Assembly: GCA_023334545.1 (NCBI GenBank)
Contig: JAADVB010000045.1
Coordinates: 1 to 64,000, forward strand
Direction: 5' to 3'
DNA: 64,000 nt
Source: Salisapilia sapeloensis CBS 127946
Taxonomy: Eukaryota; Protista; Oomycota
The notes beneath the pieces are model-generated. The model made no database searches. It was given only the letters and a program-made list of their open reading frames with translations, and was not told the origin of the DNA. How positions within the stretch are numbered: the stretch's first letter is position 1; each line of letters starts with the position of its first letter. The position numbers were made by a program, and so were the translations under genes. Positions 53,231 to 64,000 of this stretch are shown here, one piece after another.

Positions 53231-54753
53231 ATGCAGCCAGGAGGTAGCTCTCGACGCGTACATGTCGACTACTAGAGCTAACGTTGCATGCACAAGTAGA
53301 TCAGTTTCATCAGGTGAACCAAGGGTTCCGACCTCCACAGCAGAGGCAACGACCCATGCAGCCTCGACCGCAGCAGCCTCCGTTCCCACCGCAGCAGCCT
53401 GGCTATAGCCCATTCCAGCAGCAACAACAGCCTCCAGCGCCGCAATTCCACCATCGACAGCCGCAGCATAGTCCTCCCAACAATGACTTTTACTCGCCCT
53501 CTCCCCAAGAGGTTCCTTCTGTCCTATGTCATATACATCCTTGTGCTTACATCGTCTAGTTCCAGCAGGGCTATCCGCCACAGCAAGGCTATCCGCCACA
53601 GCAGGCTCCTGGTCCATACGGCCAGCATCAGGGGTTCCAAGGACCTTCACCTCCGCGTAGCAACAACTCCCAGCAAGGCTATAACCAGCCGATGCAGCCT
53701 GACTTTATCAACCAGATCTCCCAGTACTATCCTCTTCTCTCCACTTCCTTCCTTCCAATACTCACTCTTGTCACATAGGAACCCGATGGCTGGTCTAGCG
53801 ATGAACCAAGCCCAGCAGTTCATCGACAACCAAAAGCAGCTATATCTACCTGGTGCCCAAGGCGTATGGGGTGGTCTCAAGTACTACTTCACAGTCAACA
53901 ACAGCTACGTCAAGAGTCGACTTAAAGTATATTCGCATCATCCTATCTCTTCCTCTTTTCCTAACACCAGAGTAGATGCTCCTGCTTCCATTCTGGCATC
54001 GAGACTGGAGACGTATCAGCTCTTCGGAACAAGATGAAGCCAAATCCGTACGTCAATCCTCTTCCTCTCGCGATAGAAACATCCTCATTGCCTTCCTAGA
54101 GTCGATACGCGCCTCCAACTCGAGACATCAACGCCCCGGACCTCTACATTCCACTCATGGGTTTCCTCACCTATATCCTCATCGTTGGCTACAGCAAAGG
54201 CGCTTCCAACCAGTACATTCCTTCCTCCTCTCCTCTCCTCTTCTTCTCTTTCTCATTCAAATCAATAGATTCAGTCCAGATGTGATCGGGAAAGACGCGA
54301 GCTACTGCCTCGTGCTGCAGCTAGTAGAGATCGGCGTCTTGGCGTCCTGCCTCTACCTACTTAACAGCTCCATCTCGTTCCTCGACCTCGCCTCCTTTTC
54401 CGGATACAAGTATGTTCCTCTGGTCGTGAACACGGTAGTCTTCCAGCTCCTAGGCTCTCTAGCCTACTACGCCTCTCTCCTCTACACTGGCGTCGCACTC
54501 TCCTTCTTCACCGTAAGACCCACTTGTCCACCTAGACAGACGATAAGCTAACACTCGACGTAGCTGAACTGCATGAAAGGAAGCGCTCCGGAACCGACGC
54601 CCGAGACGAGAACCTTTCGCAACTATCTCCTATTCAGGTACACTCCCTCCCTCTCTCTTCTTTCTGATCGAGACTGACAAGAAGCCTAGTGTGTCGTGCC
54701 TCCAACTCATCCTCGTGTCCTGGATCTCGTACACGACGGCGCCTCGAGAGTAA
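53231..54753 (+). CDS. YIF1: YIF1 family ER-Golgi trafficking protein with Gln/Pro-rich N-terminus, multi-exon
   Basis: LKYYFTVNNSYVKSRLK, DINAPDLYIPLMGFLTYIL, FLDLASFSGYKYV. Confidence 0.88.
53563..53605 (+). repeat. 18-bp tandem repeat encoding QQGYPP within YIF1
   Basis: cagcagggctatccgcca / cagcaaggctatccgcca / cagcagg. Confidence 0.8.
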
Positions 54754-54864
54754 GCAACATGAACAAACGCACCTGGTGTCCAACACCCTCGAGCTTCCAT
54801 TCCATCCTCCTTGCTCTTCCATCGGAGCAAGTCGCACTGCTCTATGATACACTCGCTCTCGTAC

Positions 54865-55944
54865 CTAGGTCATGACTGCCATAATCTCTTTCGTATCAAA
54901 CCGAAACGTCGAACTCTCATTTGCTTTCGCAGACTCTCGTCGAAGCATCTGCACTGGCACCTCAGGACGTTTGCCAAAGTCATTCGGATTCCCATCGTAC
55001 TCGAATTTCACACCTGTCAAACGCTCATTCACTTTGAACATCTCATCGACACTGAAACCTTTTGCGTCACCAAACGTCTCCGAGTTCACCACATCCGAAG
55101 ACGTGAACGTCTCTGCCTCTGTCCCAAAGTGTCCTCTCGTCCTCCGTCCACTCTGCGGTGTCGATGCAGAGGACGTCGGAGGTGTCTTCTTCGTCGGCGT
55201 GCTGTAAGCATCATTCTTCTTCTTTCGCTTCTCTGCCTTGCTCTTCTTCTGCTTGGTTAACCAACGACGGACTCGTGCCATGAACGGCAGGACGCACCAC
55301 GTCTTCTTCGGGAGATTGTCCACATCAAACCACTGGACGAGACTGATCTCCTTGCGTGTCTGTGGTGCAAAAGAAAAGTCCTCCGGCACACCTTTTGCGA
55401 GGAACATGCGCACACGCTGCTGCTTCTGCGCAAAGTCGAGGAAGAGACCGTCTTGGACATGGTCCTGGACGTCAAAGCCACATTCTTCCAAGACCTCTCG
55501 ACGAGCACACTCGCGATCAGTCTCGCCTTCATTCACTTTTCCACGAGGAAAACTCCAGGACGTACCTCGCCAGTTCCGGACGAGCAAGACTTTGGTCCCC
55601 GCAGCATTCGCCATGATACAGCCGACGACCGGTACTTGGCTCTGATATGCCTTAAAGTCCGCGAAAAGGTCTTGGCAGCGAGGAGCTAGTGGCTGGAGGA
55701 GTGGACAGTGCGCAAACATTCGGTCGGCAAACTCTGGGAGACGCAAATGAGGCAAATGGCCGTGCTCATCGGCGTAAAAGTCTTCATAGAACCAATAGCA
55801 CTGTTCGATTTGGAAGAAGAGACGGTCGCCAGAAGCAAATTCGGTAGCAGGGAGATTAACGAGGAAGCGACTCTGGAGTTCGTCCATCACTTCTTCGAGC
55901 GTAGGACCGGATACGGCCGTCGACTTCTTCTGGGAGCTCTTCAT
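54865..55944 (-). CDS. DCP2: mRNA-decapping enzyme DCP2
   Basis: Box A (LQSRFLVNLP..RLFFQIEQCYWFYEDF) plus Nudix box (WSFPRGKVNEGETDRECARREVLEECG). Confidence 0.93.
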   Translation of the reverse strand: MKSSQKKSTAVSGPTLEEVMDELQSRFLVNLPATEFASGDRLFFQIEQCYWFYEDFYADEHGHLPHLRLPEFADRMFAHCPLLQPLAPRCQDLFADFKAYQSQVPVVGCIMANAAGTKVLLVRNWRGTSWSFPRGKVNEGETDRECARREVLEECGFDVQDHVQDGLFLDFAQKQQRVRMFLAKGVPEDFSFAPQTRKEISLVQWFDVDNLPKKTWCVLPFMARVRRWLTKQKKSKAEKRKKKNDAYSTPTKKTPPTSSASTPQSGRRTRGHFGTEAETFTSSDVVNSETFGDAKGFSVDEMFKVNERLTGVKFEYDGNPNDFGKRPEVPVQMLRRESAKANESSTFRFDTKEIMAVMT

Positions 55945-56191
55945 GATCTTGGTACGTGGTGCGAGATTTTAGTATGGAAGAAGCTGGGAGAAAGTATGCT
56001 TCCGATCAAGTACGACTTCTATATTTACACCTGTAGAGGTTAAAAACACGCTTTTCTTATGATTTGTATTTATAGAGTAGGGAGAATGTAGCCAGTAGGG
56101 TGTGTATCTTTCTAAAAACGTCGTGTCCCAGATTTTAAAGTCGTGAGACGGTACCTCTGCATCCTTCGGACTACACGGAACGAAGGAAGAC

Positions 56192-57829
56192 ATGGCCGAG
56201 ACGTCAACTTCACGTTCGTCTAAGCGCAAGTCTCGCTTCAGTGATGCACCAGAACATACGCCATCCAATACTTCTTCTACCAATACTTCCAACGATACCA
56301 ATTATCCGAACAAAGCTGCCAAATTAGACCCAGCAGAGGCAGCCAAAGCTGCAGCGGCTAGACTACGATCGCAGACATCTGCACCGCCAAAGCAAGGCGA
56401 TGCGCTTCAGACGCGCATGAGTCAGCTCACAAAGTCGGTGCAGGAGCAGCTGAACTCGATCAAGGGCATCCAACGGCCGAATAAGTCGTTCCAGCCTGCT
56501 CCTCTTCTACTGGACGCCCAAGGTCGTCAGATCGATGAGCATGGGAATCCGATCGAGGACAAGTACAAGCCAAAGACAAAGAAGAACAAGGCAGCTAATC
56601 CCTACTTATCTCATCGTGTCGATGAACAGGATAAAGTCGACGGTCTAGATCCACGTCTAAAGCTCCCGAAGCGCGAGACGAGAGGCAAGAAGGGACTCCA
56701 CTTTGTTAAGCAAGGCACATTCGTTAAACAAGGCGCAGAGGTGCGTGCAAAGGAAGCTCAAAAAGTCCTCGACGGCTTCAAGTCTGGACGTAACCCTCGC
56801 GGCTATCACAAGGAAGAGATCGCTACAGTCGACGAGGAAGAGACGAAAGAACCAGCAGCTCCATCCGCCATCCAGGTCCCTCCGAAAGCTGATGCAGAGG
56901 ATCCTACGCCCGAGATTGAATGGTGGGACGTCGATCTCTTACCAAAGGACCAGAAGCCTCATTTCGACCGCTTTGGACATGTCAAAGCGCAGAGTCGGAA
57001 GCAAAATCCCGACTGGCGCGTCGACTTGACCGACCTCAAGCTCAAGCACTGCGGCACGGCTCATTTGATCGAACATCCGTCTCGAGTGAAGCTATATCGA
57101 AAGCAGGAGGAAGAGGTGGCGGTGCCTCTGATGCTGACGCCAGCCGAGCGGAAGAAGATGAATCGTCAGATCCGACTGGAACGAGAGAAGGAGAAGCAGA
57201 GTAATATCGCACTAGGTCTCCTCCCACCTCCAGAACCTAAAGTCAAGCTATCGAACATGATGCGTGTACTCTCTGAGCAAGCAGTCGCTGATCCATCGAC
57301 CATTGAAAAGAAAGTAAGGGAGCAAATGGCGCAACGAGAGCAGAACCACGAGATGCGGAACCTCGCACGGAAACTCACGCCGGAGGAACGACGAGAGAAG
57401 AAGCTGAGGAAGATAAAAGAGGATGCAGCCAAAGACATCCACGTAGCTGTCTTTAAAGTACCTGAACTAGAGAACCCGCAGCATAGGTTTAAAGTAGATG
57501 TAAATGCGCAGCAGCACCACTTGACTGGCGGCGCGTTGATCTGTAAGGATGCAGGGCTCAACCTCGTGGTGGTGGAAGGAGGTCCGAAGGCCGTGAGGAG
57601 CTATAAGAAGCTCATGATGCGTCGGATCAAGTGGAATGAGGAGGAGGAAGAGGAAGAGGAAGAGAAAGAAGGGAACGGATGCTTGCTGCTATGGGAAGGC
57701 ATCGTCCATAAGCGTGCTTTTAATAACTTTCGCTTCCAAGAGTGCCGATCTCCCGCCACGGCGAGGAAGGTCATGGCTGCGAAGGGAGTAGAGCAGTATT
57801 GGGATCTGTGTGAGAAAGCATCAATATAA
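56192..57829 (+). CDS. PRPF3: U4/U6 snRNP protein PRP3
   Basis: IEWWD, LIEHP, LMLTPAERKK, GLLPPPEPKVKLSNMMRVL, HRFKVDVNAQQHHLTG, VVEGGPKA, WEG. Confidence 0.95.
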   Translation: MAETSTSRSSKRKSRFSDAPEHTPSNTSSTNTSNDTNYPNKAAKLDPAEAAKAAAARLRSQTSAPPKQGDALQTRMSQLTKSVQEQLNSIKGIQRPNKSFQPAPLLLDAQGRQIDEHGNPIEDKYKPKTKKNKAANPYLSHRVDEQDKVDGLDPRLKLPKRETRGKKGLHFVKQGTFVKQGAEVRAKEAQKVLDGFKSGRNPRGYHKEEIATVDEEETKEPAAPSAIQVPPKADAEDPTPEIEWWDVDLLPKDQKPHFDRFGHVKAQSRKQNPDWRVDLTDLKLKHCGTAHLIEHPSRVKLYRKQEEEVAVPLMLTPAERKKMNRQIRLEREKEKQSNIALGLLPPPEPKVKLSNMMRVLSEQAVADPSTIEKKVREQMAQREQNHEMRNLARKLTPEERREKKLRKIKEDAAKDIHVAVFKVPELENPQHRFKVDVNAQQHHLTGGALICKDAGLNLVVVEGGPKAVRSYKKLMMRRIKWNEEEEEEEEEKEGNGCLLLWEGIVHKRAFNNFRFQECRSPATARKVMAAKGVEQYWDLCEKASI

Positions 57830-57928
57830 GCACTTTTGCTAGTACATGTTCGTTTTCTTATACGAGACTATCCTTCCGTCGACAAGAGAGACAGGAACAT
57901 CGACACTGGTCTAGAGGAGCATCTCGTC

Positions 57929-60018
57929 ATGGAAGAGACCGTCGAGACTGCTAGGAAGCAGGTGGACCGATCTCCGGAAGATCCCGAGGCGTATGTAGAG
58001 CTAGGGAAGGCGCTGCATGCTGCGGGACGTAGTGAAGATGCTGTCACGTGGTTTAAACGAGGTGATGTCGATGTTGCTTCTTCCTACATCCACGATCAAT
58101 AGCTGTGTTTCATAGGTTTGGAGAAGGCACCAGGGAACCAGGAGCTCGAGGCTGGACTTGGAGCTGCTCGCTTGACAGTGCTCGAAGCGCTGCTGGACGA
58201 GAGTGACGAGGACGAGGAGCCACCTCCGACAGCTACTAGGAAGAAGAGTAAACCACACTTACACCATCGTACATCTAGTGGAGTAGGCCCGCTCTTCCCA
58301 TCTACAGAGGAGTCGGAAGCGTATACTCTCTTTCCATCGAAATCCACTTCGTCCACGGACGTCCAGCGCATTGAGAGCAAAGCACTCGCGACGACGCAGC
58401 ACACGGAGCTGTCTGAATTCGATGAGCAGGTGAGTAAAATCTTTGAGCACTTGGATGTCCTCCAGCTCTTTCGACTCGGTGCAGTCCACTTGATCACCGA
58501 GATCGCTCGCGTACGCAAAGTCTCGCTCGGTCTCACTCTCTTTTCCCTCGGGCTCTTTGCCCATTGTGTTTCTCATCACCAAAAGCTCATGATATTATCT
58601 ATGGTTCTCCTCTGTTTCTATCGTTCTACCCTCTGGGTTAAAGCCCACAAGTACGTCCATGCATGGGCTGCGACGGCGGAAGACCGCTTTCACCTTTTAA
58701 AGTGGATCCCACGAGCCTTTGTCGCCGTCCCGATCGTCATGAAGATCGTGGGCGAAGTCAAGTTCACGCTCTTCCTCCTCCAAGACCATTCCTTGACCAT
58801 CGTCGTCTCCTGCTGCACCGGTGGTCTCGTTGCCATGGCCATGCAGGCAGAAGACACGAGTGCTAGGAAGCGATGGGCGAACGCCAAGCGCCTGAAAGTC
58901 GTCGCGTACGCAGTAACGATCCTGTACTGGGCCGTCCTCTGCGGCCACTGGGCAGACTGCTTCCGTCTGGTGGCGCCTGCACTCATGGACTCTGGGTCCA
59001 TGGTCCTTGGCTCGCTCACATCGGATGAAGTGCGGGAGGTGTGTCGACAGGCATGGCTAGACCTATACAAAGACGTGTGCGAAGGTATCCAGAAGGACGT
59101 GGATGTTGACGCTTGGTTTTTCCTAGGACTGAGTAACTGGGCGATCGAGTACTGGCAACAGCCCACGACTTTCTCCTTCTCCATGCTCCAGGCGATGCTC
59201 GTGGAAGGATTTGGTAACTTGGAGCAGATGACTGGCAACGTCCTTCGACCAGAGTTACGGCAGATGCGAAGGAAGATGCAGCACTTGGCACAGGACAGTA
59301 ACTTTGCCTTGCTGGTAGAGTACATCAAGCAGACAGCGAACGCCGTGCCTCCGTCCAAGAAAGTTGGAACTATCGGTACGATCTCTTCCATCTCTTGTCT
59401 GATGTAAAGACTAACGCTTAGGATACGGGCAGGTCTGGCAGCCAAGAAGTGTGCTTCTATGATCTCTTGTACCATCACCTTGCTCCTGTTCGCCAAGTTA
59501 CCACTGCCGTTACTTCCGTTTGCAGCACTGGAAGTCCAGGACGCCCAGTGGGTCTACCGCCTGCATACAGAAGGTGAGCTAGATAAGATGGACGATGGAC
59601 TAGACATCCTCTTGCTCGGCTCTCCGATGGTACGCGTGTGGCTCAACATCAAGGCAGCGCTCTACTGCCTCGAAGCGAGCATTACGGTTGGGAAGGCTGT
59701 TAACACAGGTGCCAACATCGCCAGGAACGCTGGTCGACTAGGTCGACTCGCAGCGTTCGCAGCCAAAGTACGTAGCCAAGGGTTTGCACCGAATGCGCAT
59801 GAAGTGCCAGAGCACATCACGAACGTTTTCTTAGCATCGAAAGACTCCAAGTATGTTTCTAGTTATATCTTTAAAGCATGATACTAATCGCTTGGACTAG
59901 TGCCATCGTGGAAGGAGTAAAGAGCGTAGTAGCGAGTCCACATCTCCAGGATGTGGCTCGGACGGTCGGATCGTGGTGGAAAGGCACCAAGCATCATGGT
60001 CCGCAGTCGACTAGCTAA
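57929..60018 (+). CDS. Hypothetical protein with N-terminal TPR and multiple TM helices, multi-exon
   Basis: PEDPEAYVELGKALHAAGRSEDAVTWFKRG|LEKAPGN is TPR-like; several hydrophobic segments follow; GT-AG introns join the ORFs. Confidence 0.7.
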
Positions 60019-60088
60019 ACTTTTACTTAATATAAAAACGACATGGACTATTAATATCTCCTTTTATCTTCTTCACGGACAAGTCGAT

Positions 60089-60758
60089 ATGTCTGCCAAG
60101 AAAGGAAAGAAGGGGAAGAAAGGAAAAGATGCCAAGACCAAAGGTACGTTTACTCATGCTAGATGACGTATTCCTGACATAATGTCGAGTGTCCACAGAC
60201 GATGGTGCGGAGACTGGAGGACCTTTAACGCCAGAGGATCAGCTCAAGCTCTTTGCATCTGCAAACAAGTCGTTGCAGATGCAGCTAGCAGAACGTCAGG
60301 AGCTGACGATGCAGGCGATGGAGTCCAAGCGGGAGCTGCAGGGCAAGGTAGCGGATCTCCAACGAGACTTTGAACGTGAGCGGCAGGAGACTGTCGGCAT
60401 CACACAGGACATGACGCGTCAGTACAAGAGTATGCAGGAAGAGCTGCTGAATCGTATAAGTACGTTGGAGACAGCTAATAGCGACTTACGAGATCAATTG
60501 GAAGTTGGGCGTGTGCGGTATGAGGAGATGACAAAGGATAAGGACCGACAGCTTGCTGTGAAAGACGTTGAGATCCAACGCCTGCAGGTCAAGATGGAGG
60601 AAATGGCAGTTGAGTTCGGTGACATGCTACGGGAGACGCTGGACAAGATGCGAGAGCGTATCGAGATCACGAGCACGAGCTTTGATAATGACGGAGGCAT
60701 GCCCATGATGCGGAGGCTGGAGGAATTTAATCTAGGCACAACAACCGAGACCAAGTAA
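60089..60758 (+). CDS. Coiled-coil protein, CCDC153/DRC12-like (flagellar)
   Basis: MSAKKGKKGKKGK exon; DMTRQYKSMQEELL..LE and EFGDML..TL motifs. Confidence 0.72.
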
Positions 60759-60856
60759 ATATAAAACACGTTTCTTAGTAAGCTTATTACAGTCGTAAAA
60801 GGATGACTTTCAAACTGTTTGTGGTGAACTGTGGCAGTATACAGTCGTGACGTTAT

Positions 60857-61822
60857 TTAAATGGAGCTCAAGGTCGTGTACTCGACCTTTTGGTCGCCTA
60901 AGCACCACGTACACTGCCAATGGTGGACTGTATACGTCTTGTTCGTATACTTCCTATGCGGATACTTGTCTACCCGAGCACAAGCTTCCTTTGCAGCCTT
61001 ATCTTTCCTGCTTTTAGAGGTCTTTTGGAAAGCTGCTATGTTCCGTGTCGCTATCTCTGGGTAAAAGTGCCTTGACGGAAGCACATGCACACTCACGTTT
61101 ATTTCCATGTCGTACATCTCCTTCACGACTCTCGGACCTGTAAAGGACACTAGGTCCAAGTTACCACATTTGTGCTTAAACTTGTGTGCGATGCGATCAA
61201 GGACGTGGATATAATACGCAAACTGCGTCTTGGACATCATGATGGCGTTACAGAGAGGAGTATCATGAGAGCTTCCAAACAAAATGTACACAAAAAGTTC
61301 CAGTGCTAGGAACGCGTTATAGAAGGATGAAAGCAAAGGACGGAAACTCTGGGCGGCTTCGACATCCACGTCGGCATAGACACCGCCAATGAGATGCAGC
61401 AAAGTATACTACGCCATGCCAGCGCGGGCGATTTTTCCAACGGGTGCTGCTACATTCAAGTGCTGAGAGTAGCCATACTCGAAGAAACATAAGCTGTCGA
61501 CATCAGTCCAAAAGACGCACTGATGCGTCGGATGTCGTTTCATCTAGGACTGCATCCACGGCACCAGATGAGGAGGAATATTATCCGTCGACTTCCACGA
61601 TTGATAAGTGATACATGAAAATCTGCTTCCCAAGCATAACAAATCATCCTGTTGATCTACCGTGAACATGACGAATGTATCCGCTATCTCATCCATCGGA
61701 TCATTTCGTAACGCCTGTAGATCGTTCCCTCGTGCGAACATCACAAGTAAGCTCACGGTGCATATAATCGTCAATGGACCTAGCATATACACCATTTGTC
61801 TCGTCCACCTTCCCGAACGCAT
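60857..61822 (-). pseudogene. GT32 (DXD mannosyltransferase-like) glycosyltransferase with two in-frame TAG stops
   Basis: 966 bp (322 codons) in one frame: TM anchor, YQSWK, PWMQS*MKRHP..FWTD, IARAGMA*YTLLHLIGGVYADVD, CNAIMMS, TGP, HHWQCTW; TAG at 61544-61546 and 61409-61411. Confidence 0.8.
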
Positions 61823-62069
61823 CCTCCTCTTTCTTGGCTAGTAGCGCATCAAGTTGTTTCCATGTGGTCTGTATCTCAATTACCAAATCTTCCATGGCTA
61901 CTTTTGATATTACTCTTCCAAAGCCGAGCATCCTATGAATTCCGAGGTGAAGCTGAGAAAATAAATCACCAGGTGCTCCATCGGCCTCGCTCGACCGCAC
62001 TCGTGCATCCCCACGTCCGTCCTCCATCTTGATCACGATCGTCGATCCACACTGGCGAACGAAAGCAAC

Positions 62070-63383
62070 ATGGCCGATCTCAAAGGTAGTATTAACAGTT
62101 TTACATGTCACCTCGGAGTACTGACCTAGTGCGCTTTGGCATTCGACTCTAGCGCCACCGCTCTCGGCGTTCTTCCGACCGGAGGAAGAGCACTTGGTTA
62201 CGCAAGGCCTAGCTGACGTCAATGGCATCCCAATGTTCCACTCGCTCTATGAAGTCGGCGACCTTATCGGACGGTACGTCCAGTCGACATTTATACCGCG
62301 ATCATGTTTAAACCTCATCTAGCGGCGCCTTCTCCATGGTCTATTTGTGCCGGAGGAAGACGACGCAGCAGGTCTTTGCCGTCAAAGTCATTGACAAGCG
62401 TCTGTGCGTCAAGAAGAAGACATTGAGAGACGAAATTACCGTCCTCGCGCGTATTAAACACCCGAACATCATCTCTCTCGAAGAAATCTACGAAGGTGAC
62501 CAAGAGCTCCTACTCATCATGGAGAGGTACGCCCATCCAGTCCATCACACATTCAGAGTCTTATCTAGTAACTAGAGTGACTGGGGGTGAGCTCTTCGAC
62601 CGGATCGCACAAGTCGGCGTGTACTCGGAGCGTCAGGCAGCTGCGATCGTTGGCAACGTCCTCCAGGCGCTGCACTACCTTCACTCGTGCCACATCCTCC
62701 ATCGAGACATTAAGCCAGAGAACATCTTGCTCGCATCTCATAACAGCACGGACGTCAAGCTAAGTGACTTTGGTATCGCCAAGATCATCGATGACGATGG
62801 AGAAGACTCGTTACGTCGAGGAAGAGCTTACACGAGCTGTGGGACGGACTATTACGTCGGTAGGATCTTTTATCTATACTCCTAGTAGGTATATGCGTCG
62901 CTAAAGGGTATCGATAGCTCCTGAAGTGCTGAATGGCAATGGATACGACAGCAAAGTGGACCTCTGGAGCCTCGGCGTCGTCGTCTACATCATGTACGTC
63001 TCTAGTATATCAAGCAGCCACTCGTATCCTCATCCTGTACGTAGGCTCTGTGGCTTTCCGCCGTTCGTCGAGGACGAGACAGGCATGGACTCGGTCTACC
63101 TCAAGATCCGGTCGGGAGTCATCGAGTTCCCCCACCCGTACTGGACGAACATCTCAGACGCTGGTATCATCCTTGCTCTTTCTATTCCATCCAGACACTC
63201 ACCCTCTGTCTAGCCAAGGACTTGATCTGCAATCTCTTAAACCTCGTTCCGACCGAGAGGTTCAGTGCGGCCGAAGCACTGGAACATCCATGGATCAAGG
63301 GTCAAGTGACTCCAAGTGAAGAGCCGCTGACGTCTGCGATTCATGAGATGAAGCGATTCAACTACAAGCGTCGTTTGAACTAA
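62070..63383 (+). CDS. CAMK-group Ser/Thr kinase (CaMKI-like), multi-exon
   Basis: IG|RGAFSMV, FAVKVIDK, HPNII, TGGELFDRI, HRDIKPENILL, DFG, CGTDYYVAPEV, DLWSLGV, LCGFPPF, HPWI. Confidence 0.9.
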
Positions 63384-63535
63384 CTCGTGTCACGTTCCTC
63401 CCCACGTCTCCTTTTCTCTTTTTTCTTATGCATGTCCACATGGAGCAAGTAGGAACATGAGTTGTATAGATCAGACAAGGAAACAAATACAAATTGCACG
63501 TTGGAAAAGAAAGATTTGGTGGATATATGGGGGTC

Positions 63536-64000
63536 TTAGAGACTAGTAGCAAAGGTGATGAGCACGAGAGACACGCCAGAGAGTGTGAAGGTCAGGTAGA
63601 GCCAAGCAGAGCTCGAGAATGGACTGGCGTATGGATTGTGGACACGCAGCTCTCGCTTCTCCTTTGCGGCGAGACGCTCTTCGTCACGTAGACGCTGGCG
63701 GAGGGAGTAGACGAGGCATGCGGGGACGAGCCACTACAAGACACGTGAGTACGAGCTAGATAGGAGAGAAGGACAAGAGGTACCTGGATGCCGAGACCGG
63801 CGTAGGAACCGGTGTACCCGACGAGCATGGACACGTCTTCAGTGAAGAAGGCGACTGTTAAAGGGGGCATGATGGCAAATAGGGCGTATGAGTGTCGCTT
63901 GATGAACGCCAGGACGGAAGAGGAGCTGTAGGAACTGTCTACAGGAGCAGTGCCACGCCCGTGGATGTTGCTCGCCAACGTCTTCAAGTTCTCTCGGAGC
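63536..64000 (-). CDS. TMEM104-like amino acid transporter family protein, 3' part only (runs off the window)
   Basis: NLKTL..FAIMPPLTVAFFTEDVSMLVGYTGSYAGLGIQ|WLVPACLVY..HNPYASPF..W. Confidence 0.8.

Noticed and set aside
60857-61822. Genome-wide TAG reassignment explaining the GT32 stops
   Set aside because: TAG terminates many intact genes here (GCN2, TauE, PSMB7, RPN1), and the two stops align with different conserved residues.

Overview
Gene-dense eukaryotic nuclear DNA, most consistent with a zoospore-forming oomycete or related stramenopile. Support: short (about 45-90 bp) GT-AG introns mostly ending in TAG, an oomycete-style Inr/FPR promoter motif, and flagellar genes (LRRC49-like, CCDC153-like). 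About 35 protein-coding genes are packed with very short intergenic gaps. Most are housekeeping: GCN2, RPS18, proteasome beta-2 and RPN1, PRP3, DCP2, YIF1, SPG1/TEM1, GGTase-I beta, MetAP, PRMT and kinases. Five loci stand out. (1) A secreted Kelch-propeller/EGF protein fused to a Hedgehog-type self-processing Hint/Hog domain, with His at the Hh general-base position and an intein-like terminal Asn (23549-26026). (2) An intron-containing RuvC-type Holliday junction resolvase resembling phage proteins (32335-33255). (3) A head-to-head arginine-pathway pair: CPS III-type carbamoyl-phosphate synthase and an ArgB-ArgC fusion (33303-40195). (4) An F-box protein kinase with a WNK-like relocated lysine (20656-23338). 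(5) A GT32 glycosyltransferase that is colinear and in frame but carries two in-frame TAG stops (60857-61822). I recognised no tRNA, rRNA, CRISPR array or intact mobile element. All family calls come from motif recognition by eye, with no database searches. Spans of multi-exon genes are manual splice predictions.
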